In this document: in pieces, positions 22,290-33,427 of the stretch
Position numbering within the stretch: position 1 is the first letter of the stretch
Layout: each line of letters starts with the position of its first letter
Assembly (NCBI RefSeq): GCF_001194135.2
Contig: NC_069005.1
Span: forward strand, 17,710,728 to 17,744,154
Direction: 5' to 3'
DNA: 33,427 nt
Source of the DNA: Octopus bimaculoides
Taxonomy: Eukaryota
The notes under the pieces: generated by a model
Database searches by the model: none
What the model was told of the DNA's origin: nothing
Seen by the model: only the letters and a program-made list of their open reading frames with translations
Translations under genes and position numbers: made by a program

Positions 22290-24000
22290 CCTTTATTCCT
22301 GCAAAGAATATCTCACAGATCATTGTAGTTATGAAATGTAACACAGAGAACAACTTCACATGACATCAGGAAGACCTCAGAAAAAAGGAAAAAAAGAGGT
22401 AGAGGTGATTTGGTAATACAGGATTCAAAAGTGTAAACTCCAAACTGCACCAGCTAAAGCAAAAACTCACAAGTACAGCTGAAAAACTAAGATATAAATC
22501 TACAACATATAAACGGCAAATGCAAAATAAATTATTTGCCAGGGATTGCAAGTCAGTTTATCACAATTTCAATGCAAAAAGGCTCCATCTCTGTAAAAGA
22601 CATTCCCACAAAAGATCAGATTGAGGGTTGCTGGAGATCTGTATGGGAAACAAATGATGAATTCAACAAATAAGCTGTGTGGCTAAAAGAACTGCATGTC
22701 CAGCGAAAACAATATGAAATAGATGGCAAAATACTAGAAACAGTTCTACAGAAAATGTCAAACAGGAAGTCCCCAGGCCCAGATTTCATAACAGGTTTTT
22801 GGCTGAAGAATTTCACCTTTTATCGATGAGATCTCATATGGTTGTATGAAGAAAAGTATGAAGGACACACGAGAACTGTCCCAAATGGGTATCAACTGCC
22901 ACTCAATAGCCTACCAGAACATCATGTACAAATAATACACTAGGTACCTCAATCTGTTCTTGCAGGATCGTTGTGCTACCAACATTGTAACACCTGAGCA
23001 AGCTGTAGAGAAGGAGGAGGTATGAGGCAGTATACAGCAGCTACTAATTAATAACATGATCCAGGACAAAAAACAGTAAAAAACCACAGCAACTTAACTG
23101 TATTCCCAGAAGGCTTTTGATAGTAAACCACATGGGTGGATTATCACGGCTTTACAGTTACCCAAAAGTCCCACAACCTCAAGTAAGTGCTACTGAATAC
23201 CTGACCAAGACTTGGTACACCACTTTGCTCCTTATGAGTAATAAAGAACAAATTAAGTCAACAGCATCCTTCAGGATGACAACCTGCCAGAGCAGCTCTT
23301 CATCCTCTCATTAATCTTACTATCATACCAGCTCACAAAACATAGTAGCCTAAAAGTGGTTCCAAAAGTATCTTCCATCTTTTCTTTGTCAACAACCTGA
23401 AACTGTATGGGCTAAATAACAAGCACATAAAAAAAAAACAACTGGACCTCATTACCCAACTTTCTACAGAAACTGGAATGAAATTTGGTGAGTCCAAACA
23501 AGCATTTTTTATGATAAAATATGGAAAAGTTGTACCCTTCTCTGAAAACCTAAAAATGAATAGCTTGACATTACAAACACTACAGTCAGGTGATAATTAT
23601 AGGTATCTTGGGTAAGATGAGAATGTCAGATATGATGGGTCCATATATAAGGAGAGGACCAGGAATGAATACCTCATGAGAGTAAACACAATATGGTCAT
23701 CAGGACACTCAGCTTACAACAAGCACATTACCCACAACACCTTTGCAATAACTGTCCTCAAACACCTATGTTTGACCTTCTGAACTAGTCTTTACAAAAA
23801 CTCAATGAGGTTGATGTTCAAACTTGCAGGCTTCTGACTCAGTGTCAGAAAACTTCAGCATCAATGGAGATGTAGATAGGCTATATTTCCCATGCAAAAA
23901 TGGCAACCATGGTCTCAAATCTGTATTGATGTGATATGAAGCACATACTGTGAATTTGAATGACAGAAGATGATTGTTATTACCATAAGGTGGGCTGCGA
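22290..24000 (+). mobile_element. Degenerate R4/Dong-like non-LTR retrotransposon RT region
   Basis: Broken frames give KMSNRKSPGPDFITGFWLKNF, QKAFDS.PHGWII, HLFFVNNLKLY (YxDD equivalent), TGMKFGESK, YRYLG and DVDRLYFP.KNG. Confidence 0.75.
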
Positions 24001-24443
24001 TTGATCAAGGAAGGTCACGTGGTGTCATGGTTTGATGTTGGCATATGAGTAACAATTACTTAAAAAATACTGCATGGTGAACAGGAAATTGACCACGTGG
24101 AGAACAGGAAATGGACAACATGGCAATTAGGAAATAGGTCAGGTTGTTGGAGAGGAAGTAGGAAAGAGCAGCATGTACAAGTATATAGTTTTATATGTGG
24201 GTGCATAGACGTGCTTATATGGTTTTGCATGTATGTGTGTATTGATGTGAGCATGCGCATCTGTACATGGGTGTACATGTGCATGTCTGCACACAAACAC
24301 ATGCTTGGACAAACATGCACACACATACATGCACATGCACACACATGCGCACACATACACATATACACACACATGCATATTCATTCATATGTACATATGT
24401 ATATTTGCATGCATATACGCATGCATACCAGTGTGTGTGCACA

Positions 24444-24534
24444 CACATGTGCAGTCACATGCATGAGTACGTGAATATACACACACAAAACAGGCATTGA
24501 GGATTGGTAATTGGTGATCCTGCACATGGGGTTG

Positions 24535-24580
<46 letters not shown>

Positions 24581-24590
24581 NNNNNNNNNN

Positions 24591-24634
<44 letters not shown>

Positions 24635-24776
24635 ACCTGAGCACTGCTACTCTGCTTTGCCTTCACCAAGGTCACTAATACTAATCAACCCCATGAGCAG
24701 GACCACCAATTACCAATCCCCAATGCTTGTTTTGCGTGTGTATATTCACGCACTCATGCACGTGACTGCACATGTG
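24444..24776. repeat. Inverted repeat (about 93-bp arms, 24444-24536 and 24684-24776) around (TA)n and an N gap
   Basis: cacatgtgcagtcac...catggggttgat versus atcaaccccatg...gtgactgcacatgtg. The arms differ at several positions. Confidence 0.75.
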
Positions 24777-25030
24777 CATGCTGGTATGGGTTGGACAGCT
24801 TGACCAGGGCTGGCAAGCTGGAAGGCTGCACTGAACTCCAGTCTGTTTTGGCATGGTTTCTATGGCTTGATGCCCTTCCTAATGCCAACCACTCCAAGAG
24901 TGTAATGGATGCTTTTATGTGCTACTGGCACGGGTGCCACTTGCATGACACTGGTATCTGTCACAACTGTGGTTTTACTTGGCTTGATGGGTCTTTTTCT
25001 CCATCATGGCATAATGCCAAATGGACTTGA
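24777..25030 (-). mobile_element. SINE copy of the (GAT)n-tailed family, diverged
   Basis: catgctggtatgggttggac...gatgcccttcctaatgccaacc is the reverse complement of the 14022 body. Confidence 0.75.
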
Positions 25031-25303
25031 TCATTGCCTCCATCGAAGCCCAGCATAATGCCAATAATTTAATTTAAATTTATATCTGTTATATATAATA
25101 TATTGACTGCAATGTACAGTTGTAATTATATATATATACAATTATGTGTGTTTTATATAAATATACATATGTATATGTATACACACACATTTTATTAAAG
25201 CAGAAAAAATCTTCACAAACCTTTACTCAGAGTTTCACACTGGCATTCGTTGGACAGTGTGATCACAACTGTCTGACAAATGGCAACTTGAAACCCTGAA
25301 TAA

Positions 25304-25376
<73 letters not shown>

Positions 25377-25639
25377 CGCGTGCGTGTGCATGCGTGCATG
25401 TGTGTGTATGCACATTTGCACATATACATATATATATATACTTATCACTCTTCAGACACGAAATCAACTTGCAAGCCCTTTCACACACTACACACGTCAA
25501 ATCACCCATCCTAGGAAGAAGGCCATTGAATACAGTTGATTTTCCATGGGATTCCTTAGAAAGGACTACACAGCTACATGTCTTACATCTCCAGCAGAAA
25601 GACACAGACACACACATGTGTATATGTGTATGTGTGAAT

Positions 25640-26100
25640 CTGTTTGTGTGTCTCCATGTCTAGACATCACATGATGATTGTAATGAGCATCATTATTACA
25701 TAAAGCCATCCATACAACTCTGTGGCCAAATGTATTTTCATGGTCTGAAAAGGCAAGGAAAACAATCCTGATCAAGCTTACAGTACTGTGGGAAGAAGGT
25801 TGTGATCAGGCCTTTGAATATAGCATGCCAAATATGAGAGTTTTCTGCAGGATTGCAGGGCGAAGGGAATGCAGTCATGGTTTTTTTTCCAGTTGAAGTT
25901 GACTGTGGGGTATTCCCTGCTCAGTTTGTATGGAGGATGCTTACAACCACTGGAACAAGAGGAGAAGAGCAAAGGTGGCAGTGCACAGGATGGAAAAGGC
26001 AGCTGAAAGAGCTTCTTGCTGGTTATGGAGCAAGAGAGAGGAGTTGTATAGAAACAAGGGTAGGCTGAAGAGTCCATAGTCTGACTATGAAGAGCGATGC
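25640..26100 (+). mobile_element. HERO-like non-LTR retrotransposon, restriction-like endonuclease C-terminus
   Basis: WSEKARKTILIKLTVLWEEGCDQAFE...KYE...C...G...FFPVEVDCGVFPAQFVWRML...AAERASCWLWSKRE resembles the ELTVPWEE/VEVGCRGF/AERASxWLW pattern. Confidence 0.7.
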
Positions 26101-26169
26101 AAGAGCCAGAAAATCTTGCATGCATTAATTTCAACTCTTCATTTTAATAACTGCATTGTTTCTTCCCAG

Positions 26170-26337
26170 ATACACTGACACCTGACTGTTCAAAGAAGAC
26201 TTCAAAAGTAACTAGTAGTAACTTCTCTTGAAAATGGGCAAAATTTGGCATAAAGGTAGTATCAAGCACCTGCAGAAAAACAGCTTAGCCCTCAAGGATA
26301 TTCAAGCTGACATAATCACTACATTAGGGGATAACAG
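26170..26337 (+). mobile_element. 5' fragment of the same mariner family as 17780-18960
   Basis: gaagacttc...aaaatgggcaaaatttggcat... gives MGKIWHKGSIKHLQKNSLALKDIQADIITTLGD. Confidence 0.75.
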
Positions 26338-26699
26338 AACACCATGCCCAGAACAAAAACAAAATAATGCAAACAAACTGACCACACAACAATTTGCCCA
26401 AAAGACAAATCTAAGGGAGACAAACATCCAGAAGATGCCACCCAAGAGTAATGTCTCTTGTTTCATTGATTCATTATTTATTCACGTGAATTCACAAGAA
26501 TTTCTGCAAACTAAACGAGGCTGTGTTTTCCAAAATGGAAGCGAACACCTTTCTCCATGTGATTTGCTTGAAAAATTGTTAAGACACTAGGATATTTTCC
26601 TACTTTTCTTAACATGAAATCAATGGTTGCCTTAATTCACAAATACAGAAATTATATCCACCAATGAGGTGTTGAGCACTCATTTTCATTGTTTGGCAT

Positions 26700-26748
<49 letters not shown>

Positions 26749-26807
26749 CAATTCACCCCCCACCACCACCACCTCCAATGACATGAAAATATGCAACTCA
26801 AAACTGC

Positions 26808-26910
26808 AACAGAAGTTTATCATTTAAATATATATGAGCATGTCTAGATATGGAACTATATGCATGAGAATACATACATAGAGTAAAACATACAAATCTG
26901 CACATATACA
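26808..26910 (+). mobile_element. 3' end/UTR fragment of the R4/Dong-like element
   Basis: Near-identical to 30606-30710 (cagaagtttatcatttaaatatatatgagcatgtctagatatg...aaatctgcacatat). Confidence 0.8.
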
Positions 26911-27568
26911 TTAAAAAAGAAAAAGAAAGACTAGGCTTCGAATAAATAGATACAGCTATTATATATTTTGAGTGCGTTTTTTTTTTATATATCATCTATA
27001 AATCGAAATGCACACATACATACACACACACATACATACACACACACATACATACACATACACACACAGAGGTACATATTTGTTTATTTTGCTGATTATG
27101 CGTGCTATGTATAATTGTTGAGTCATGACAGATTTGATATCTGACAACACTTTTTTTGAGAACTATATAAAATAAGATAACATTTCAACGGCAAGAGAAA
27201 AAACATCAAGAAATTTTTTTAAATCCCATCCCCAATCAATAATTTTTATGTTTAAATTAGAAAATATCTTTTTAATCTAACCCTTTTGATATCACCTTCC
27301 CAAAGTTTGCCCTTGGTCCCTTTATATAAATGAATAATTTTTTTTAAATTGTTTAAATTTAATTTAAACTTCAAATCAAAATTTTACGACTAAGAATATT
27401 TTCTAAAGTTATAATTCAAACATCAGCTAAATGACAGAGAAATTAGGTTTTTCTATTAAATCGCTCTAAATTTTTGAATATTTAAAGAATAATTGAAATA
27501 CGTGAATGGTATATTATAGAGCCAAGAAAAAGATAGTATAATAAAGTAAAATGAAATATATATACATA

Positions 27569-28814
27569 CGAGGAGTATTCATTAAAGATTTTCCCCTGAC
27601 CCACTTCTGGTTATTGCAGGAAATGGAACTTGTACAGGTATAATCATACATGTCTCTACATGTCACATAGTAAATTGCAGTTTTCCACTAGTATTTGTTT
27701 GTCTTCTATGGCTGCTGAAGTGGACTAAGGTGTTATAATGGAGGCAGTTGAATGCAGATCAGTGATCAGGTTCTTATACTTGAAAGGTCGTACACCAAAA
27801 GGGACTTTCAATGAGATGAAAGGAGTTTATGGTGATGATGCACCATCATATGATGTAGTGAAGCACTAGCATCGCCAGTTCAAATGTGGTCTGACATCAG
27901 TGGAAACTGCTCCTATTCCTAGACAACCACATTCCTCCATCTATAGAGTAGAAGCTGCCATTTTGGAGGATCACTGCATAACTATTCGGCAACAAGCCCA
28001 AGAAGTGAAGATAAGTGTAGGGTCCATGGAAAAAATCATTCATGACCATTTGCACATGCAGAAGTTGTCTGCACGATGGATTCCCCAGATGCTCACACCT
28101 TTTCAGAAGCAAGTATGAGTCAATTGCTACCCAGTACTCTTTTGGCAATGTGCCAAGGAAATGAGTAGGACTTTATCGGCAGACTTATCACACAGAATGA
28201 AACATGGGTCCATCACTATGATCCTGAGACTAAAGTCAGGTCAAAGTAATGGGAGCATAACTCACCACTTCCAAAGAAGGCTTGTGTCTAACCCTCAGCA
28301 GGCAAAGTGATGCTCACAGTCTTTTGGGTCTGGCGCGGAGTAGTGATGATGAATTTTCTGGGGCATATTATGCTTCTCTGCTGTAGAAATTGCAGGACGC
28401 CATCAAAGCAGAGAGGCATGGCATGCTAACCAAAGGAATCCACTTCCTCTAAGACAATGCCCTAGTTCACAAAGCATATGTTGCCCAGATGAAAGCATAC
28501 TCCTGCAGCTATGAAATCTGTCCTCATCCCCCTAACTCTCCCAACCTTACACCACCTTTTTCCAACCATGAAGTCTTTTTTGAAGGAGAAGCACTTTTCG
28601 GATGATGATGAACTTATTTCCGAGGTAAAGTCTTGGCTCCAGGTGCAACCTCCCAACTTCTCCAGGTGAGGTCTTCACAGCTGCATAAAGTGATGGGAGA
28701 AGTGTGTGACCATTGGTGGTGGCTATGTAGAGAAGGACTAATAATTATGCCAAGTTTTGTTTATCCCAGTCCTTGAGAAGTGAGTCAGGGGATATCTTTA
28801 ATGAACATCCCTTG
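27569..28814 (+). mobile_element. Full-length degenerate mariner, 1246 bp
   Basis: About 40-bp imperfect TIRs (cgaggagtattcattaaagattttcccctgacccacttct) with TA flanks. Motifs include LSARWIPQMLT, ETWVHHYDPETK, DNA..H and HPPNSP.L. Confidence 0.88.
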
Positions 28815-29164
28815 TATATCTATTTATATATGCATGCATATACACTTCTTATATACATACTCACTATTTCCAAAGACAGAAATAAAAAAAAATAAAGTAA
28901 AAAATAAAAAAATATATGCATATATTTAATCCAGTACTATTTAATAAGGCTCTAATTTTTACTATGTGCAATTCTGATTTATCTAGGTCAGATATAGATA
29001 CAATACAAGCTGCACATAGCACTTTGATAGATTTCAATAATAAACTATGGGATGAAATTTGACAGGGTTGACTATTTCAACATAGCAATAGTATGAATTG
29101 ACTCAGCACAAATCACCGATCTCATCAGAATACACATCCTATTCTAGACAGAGTTTGATTTTCT

Positions 29165-29575
29165 GGTGATATAGTTTGATATTCTAGATAGAGTTTGATA
29201 AGCTGATGCCTTCTTCATATTGGATAGGTGTAGTAAAGTAGAAATGGAGAGATGTAAGAAGCAACTATTTAAATTCTTCAAAATTTTCAGATTATCTTTT
29301 ACTATGGAAAATAATTACTGTAAGATAAATTTTCATGATGTAACATTTAGTCAGGATACCAGATTATTTGAATCATACCATAAACCAAACGAAAATCTCA
29401 GGTATGGCAATAAAAAATCCAGTCACCCACCCTCTGTCATAGAAGGAATTGTATTCAATCAAATATCTAGACTTTCAGCAAATAAATTGATATTTAACAT
29501 GCATGCACATTATTACAATGTAGCATTAGCTAGGACTGGATATACTGAGAAAATCAAACATATATCTAATAATGG
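29165..29575 (+). mobile_element. Penelope-like element RT C-terminal fragment
   Basis: INFHDVTFSQDTRLFESYHKPNENLRYGNKKSSHPPSVIEGI...ISRLSAN...FNMHAHYYNVALARTGY matches the PLE FLDV/PYxKP/SxHP/ALxxSGY pattern. Confidence 0.82.
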
Positions 29576-29604
29576 CCTCAAGTTTAGGCACAGGTTTTGG
29601 GGAA

Positions 29605-29785
29605 GCAGGTAAGTCGATTATGTCAACCTCAGTACTGGTACTTATTTTTACTTATTTTATCAGTCCTGAATGGATGAAACACAAAGTTGATCTCAGCAGA
29701 ATTTGAACTTAAAACAAAGACAGACAAAATGCTACAAAGCATTTTACCCAGCATGCTAACGATTCTGCTAGCTCACCACTTTAAA
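29605..29785 (-). mobile_element. tRNA-derived Nin/Deu-domain-like SINE
   Basis: Minus strand has a B-box-like aagttcaaattctgctgag, then atcaactttgtgtttcatccattcagg...aagtaccagtactgaggttgac. A decayed plus-strand relative lies at about 19518-19615. Confidence 0.6.
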
Positions 29786-30069
29786 TACCTAATAATAATC
29801 ATATTAATGTAGTGTACACAATAGTATCACTATATGACACTTTAGTAGAAGAAATAATAAATACAAAAGAGATGAAATGTCATCTCAACTCAAGAGAGTT
29901 GAAAGAGAAAATAGGACTAATCTAAATTATACACCTTGCATGGATGATAATGGTTTCACATCTCTCCAGTGTAATACAGATGTAAAAATGTGTGAAAACA
30001 ATTGCATTAATTTCAAATAAAGAATGTTGTTCATTCATTTTCTATCATTTACTTACTTACATACATATG

Positions 30070-30100
<31 letters not shown>

Positions 30101-30187
30101 GTACGCACACACACACATACATACACACACACACACACACATACATACGTACGTACACACACAAACACACACACACACATACATACA

Positions 30188-30219
<32 letters not shown>

Positions 30220-30220
<1 letters not shown>

Positions 30221-30715
30221 GGTAGAAGCCATATCCACTCATAATAAAAAGGAGTACCGGTGGAATGTCCCAAGGAAGACCTCAATAAAATGACCTGATT
30301 TGGGATAGAGAAGAGAAACTGTGTACAGTTGTGGAAATTAGCTTCCCGGTGGATGTTAACATAAAGCTGAAGATAATTGAAAAAGAGAATACCTACACTG
30401 GACAATTGAGAAATCTGCAGTTACTCTATTCATATTACAAGTTCAAGTTTATACCTATAATTATTGGGGCCCTGGGATATGTAACACACTGTCTAAATAC
30501 CAATCTTGAGAAATTAGGCTTCTCAAAACCAGAAAGGAGAAAGCTAATTCAAAGACAACAGATCTAATCCATCACTGAAACTGTAAAGAATCTGTAAAAC
30601 TTTCCAGAAGCTTATCATTTAAATATATATGAGCATGTCTAGATATGCAACTATATGCATGAGAATACATACATAAAGTAAAACATACAAATCTGCACAT
30701 ATGCATGCATGCGTA
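30220..30715 (+). mobile_element. 5'-truncated R4/Dong-like element: RLE domain plus 3' UTR, embedded in (CATA)n
   Basis: KKEYRWNVP.KTSIK.PDL.WDREEKLCTVVEISFPVDVNIKLKIIEKENTY...KFIPIIIGALGYV, a PD-(D/E)xK-type restriction-like endonuclease. Confidence 0.82.
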
Positions 30716-30891
30716 CATACATACATACATACATACATACATACATACATACATACAAAAATACCCTGTTGTTGATGTTGAAATTTCAATGAAGGAGCCT
30801 TGGATCTAGGTTAGAAACCAGCTCTTTCTCTATTGGCAAGAACTCTAGAAATAAAACTGAACAATGACAGACAGACAGAGCGACAGAGGCA

Positions 30892-30992
30892 GCATTAATA
30901 CCAAGTAAAATGTATGCCCAAGTAAAATGTATGCCCAAGTAAAATGTATGCCCAAGTAAAATGTATGCATTAATACCAAGTAAAATGTATGC
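30892..30992. repeat. 17-bp tandem repeat CCAAGTAAAATGTATGC, five exact copies
   Basis: Copies start at 30901, 30918, 30935, 30952 and 30976. ATTAATA precedes the first and last. Confidence 0.95.
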
Positions 30993-31372
30993 CCACTAAA
31001 ACATGGATGTTCTGTTAGAACAAACTATACTGTGGCAGATATCATGACAGAAACTCTCATGTTGGTTTTTGGTGCAAATATATATAAATGTAAATGGTTC
31101 CCAAATTAAATTACTCTTGATTTTTAAAGTTCCAATGAAGCTGTAGGGTGCTACACCAGCACTCAACTATAAGTGCATCGTATTTTATAGCAGAAACAGC
31201 TGTAAACTAGGGAGGTTCAAGACAATTTTTTTTTTGCTTTGTCATTTATTCATTTAATCAATTATTACTGTTCTGTACTTGACTGATGTTGCACTCTGAA
31301 GCATATGTATATTGAGTTCTAAAACCAGGTTATCTGTATCACCTATGCCTAAGCAAAATAATAAAATATATT

Positions 31373-31480
31373 TATCATCATCATCATCATGTCCGCTTTC
31401 CATGCTGGCATGGGTTGGACAGTTTGACTGAGGACTGGCAAGCCAGAAGCCTGGTGCAGCCTCCTAACTTGCCAGTCCTA
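31373..31480 (-). mobile_element. (GAT)n-tailed SINE, 3' fragment
   Basis: tcatcatcatcatgtccgctttccatgctggcatgggttggac. Confidence 0.8.
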
Positions 31481-31856
31481 TATATATACACAATGAGTTT
31501 CTTTCACTTTACATCTATCAAATCAACTCACAAAACTTTGGAAGGCCAAGGATTATAGAAGACACTTGCCCCATTTCAGTTGTGTGGTCTGCTTGAAGTA
31601 TCAGGAGTTGCCCTTAATATTAACAAAAGAAGCCTACACAGTACTGAACAGAAATACAAAATATCAATGTTGGTACCAAGTCTAGAAGAAACAGATAATA
31701 AAAATATTCTTTCCCAAATTTCACAATAAGTGTAAGTATCTTAAACAAAGAAGAAAGAATATTATATGAAGAATATCAAACTTGATGGCTTATGTTTTGG
31801 AACACAATGAAAAAAGTGGTGGTGTGGTGATGATGGTGGTCATGATGGTTACTCAC

Positions 31857-31991
31857 AGCAGAGAGGCTGTTCCTGGAGGCAAAGCTTTCCATACTGCAAA
31901 GTGAGACTTTGTCTTCATCTTCTGCTGAAGCTGCGTCAGACTGTGATCTACTTTTAGGAGGTGATGCATTCAAATCCAAATATGGAAGGTC
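31857..31991 (-). CDS. PLEKHM2: PLEKHM2/SKIP-like internal exon A (just after the RUN domain), 45 codons, phase 0-0
   Basis: Acceptor ttttctgtctgtag|GAC and donor GCT|gtgagt. Translates DLPYLDLNASPPKSRSQSDAASAEDEDKVSLCSMESFASRNSLSA, resembling recalled human PLEKHM2 LDAPYLDLAPY...DSLSLNSFNSVTS. Confidence 0.82.
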
Positions 31992-32182
31992 CTACAGACA
32001 GAAAAACAAGAGAAGAAGGAAAGAAAATGATGAGTTTAAAATATGTAATCAAAAAAGAAAAGGAAAGAAAAAGAAAAATTAAGTTAATTGTTAGCTTTCA
32101 CAGTGTTAATGCTAGAAATTACAGAGAAATAAGCATATCTGGTTAAATTGGTAGACTCAACCTCTCAGGATATGAATTCATC

Positions 32183-32460
32183 ATCATTTAGCATCTGTTT
32201 TCCATGCTAGCATGAGTTAGATGGTTTGATTGGAACTGGTAAGCCAGAGAGCTACACCCAGTTCCAGTCTGATTTTGGCTTGGTTTCTACAGTTGGATGC
32301 CCTTCCTAACATCAACCACTCCAAGAGTGTAGTGGGTGCCTTTTAAGTGTCACCAGCATAGGTGCCTTTAATGTGTCACTGCACAAGTGTCTTTTTCATG
32401 TCACCAGCACAGGTGCCTTTTATATATCACTGGCATAGGTGCCATTCATGTGTCACCAAG
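32183..32460 (-). mobile_element. (GAT)n-tailed SINE with internal tandem gtcaccagcataggtgcc repeats
   Basis: tcatcatcatttagcatctgttttccatgctagcatgagttag...gatgcccttcctaacatcaacc. Confidence 0.75.
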
Positions 32461-32669
32461 AATGCAAAAAAGAATTGGAATTAAGTACCACAAATTGTTG
32501 TTGTTGTTGTTTAGCCCCAGGTCAGCCCTCACTGACTCAAATGTGTTCCAGTCATGACAATTTATCCCACCCTTCCCTTAAGCATTATATCTCTGTGACG
32601 ATTATCATCATCAAGTTCCTTTAACTGATGCAGCCAGCCACTAGGGTGCCACTTTAGATGCTTTTGCAG

Positions 32670-33100
32670 TCAGCAGTCATCACTGGTCTCTGTTCTATGT
32701 GTAGCAGAGTCGCACTGTTGTGATCTGTCCACTCTTTGATGTCAGATCAAGATTTTTTCTGTCTGCTTCTCTTTTGCCCTCCCTCAACTATGTTCTGAAA
32801 GATGGTTTTGGACAGGGATGTGTAGTTGGATATGTGACTGTATCAGGCAAGTTTTCATCATTTTAGCTATGCAATGAAGGGTTCCTGTCTGCCAGTGTAT
32901 TCATTAACTTGCTGCCTGACAAAACTTTGTTTTGTGTTCTGTGTATAAGAAACACTTCTGAGGCACTTGTGATCAAATGCTGGGATGCTTTGTTCCATGT
33001 TAGCTGTGAGAGTCCAGCTCTCATACCCATACAGAAGGATCAAAATCACTTAGGACTTGTACACTTTGAGTCTCCTTGGAAAACTAATGGAGCTGCTTTT
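32670..33100 (-). mobile_element. Degenerate RTE LINE 3' fragment
   Basis: ILLYGYESWTLTANMEQSIPAFDHKCLR...GHISNYTSLSKTIFQNIVEGGQKRSRQKKS..IKEWT. Confidence 0.8.
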
Positions 33101-33130
33101 CCATATATTTATTGTTTAGCTTTGTTATAG

Positions 33131-33427
33131 GTACACGACACTGCTTTACCCCTTCCCAGGCTACAGGCCCACACCCCCAACACCCATACTGTTAGGATTG
33201 GCACTCTCAACGTCGGCACGCTGAAAGGTAGATCTGGTGAAATTGTTGAGATGCTTGAACGGAGACGCGTAGATATGTGCTGCATCCAGGAAGTAAGATG
33301 GAGAGGAGGTTCTGCGAGGTTCCTCACAGGCAAAGAACACAGGTACAAGATTTTCTGGGCAGGGAACACTGACGGGGTCGGGGGCGTAGGAATACTTCTA
33401 GCGGAGAAATGGGTGGATAAGGTAATC
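33131..33427 (+). mobile_element. RTE LINE 5' region with an uninterrupted AP endonuclease frame, running off the window
   Basis: 99 stop-free codons: ...VRIGTLNVGTLKGRSGEIVEMLERRRVDMCCIQEVRWRG...GVGGVGILLAEKWVDKVI. Confidence 0.92.

Noticed and set aside
29085-29130. CTGATGA on the minus strand next to the Penelope RT fragment as a hammerhead
   Set aside because: I found no convincing stem II or stem I pairing with the downstream GAAA.
16345-30754. Many ORFs rich in YI, VC, HT or MYVC repeats
   Set aside because: They are translations of di- and tetranucleotide microsatellites, not genes.
30892-30992. 17-bp direct repeats as a CRISPR array
   Set aside because: The repeats are head-to-tail with no unique spacers, there are no cas genes, and the context is eukaryotic.
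31776-31856. Poly-His extension of the exon A ORF
   Set aside because: It lies past the GTGAGT donor and is intronic (CAT/CAC)n sequence.

Overview
AT-rich, microsatellite-dense eukaryotic DNA with three short N gaps. The repeat families point to an octopus genome (inference, not searched). The only host gene I can support is a minus-strand PLEKHM2/SKIP-like lysosome-kinesin adaptor with four internal exons: 31857-31991, 10761-11995, 5783-5849 and 2929-3084. They splice in frame at canonical GT-AG sites into 531 codons and match recalled human PLEKHM2 motifs from the end of the RUN domain to the first C-terminal PH-like region. The rest is intron filled with mobile DNA: a Tigger/pogo relic, an internally deleted Helitron with both termini, a complete DD36E Tc1-like element, mariners, RTE, R4/Dong-like, HERO-like and Penelope-like retroelement fragments, a solo LTR, SINEs and foldback elements. 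The most notable signal is three unrelated type I hammerhead-ribozyme motifs. Two lie inside long inverted repeats with the same architecture (3799-3843 on -, 12483-12556 on +). One decayed copy sits in the tail of a tRNA-headed SINE (about 21050-21093). This suggests non-autonomous ribozyme-bearing retroelements, probably mobilised by Penelope-like elements. All alignments were done by eye against recalled sequences, and TE boundaries without TIR/TSD support are approximate.
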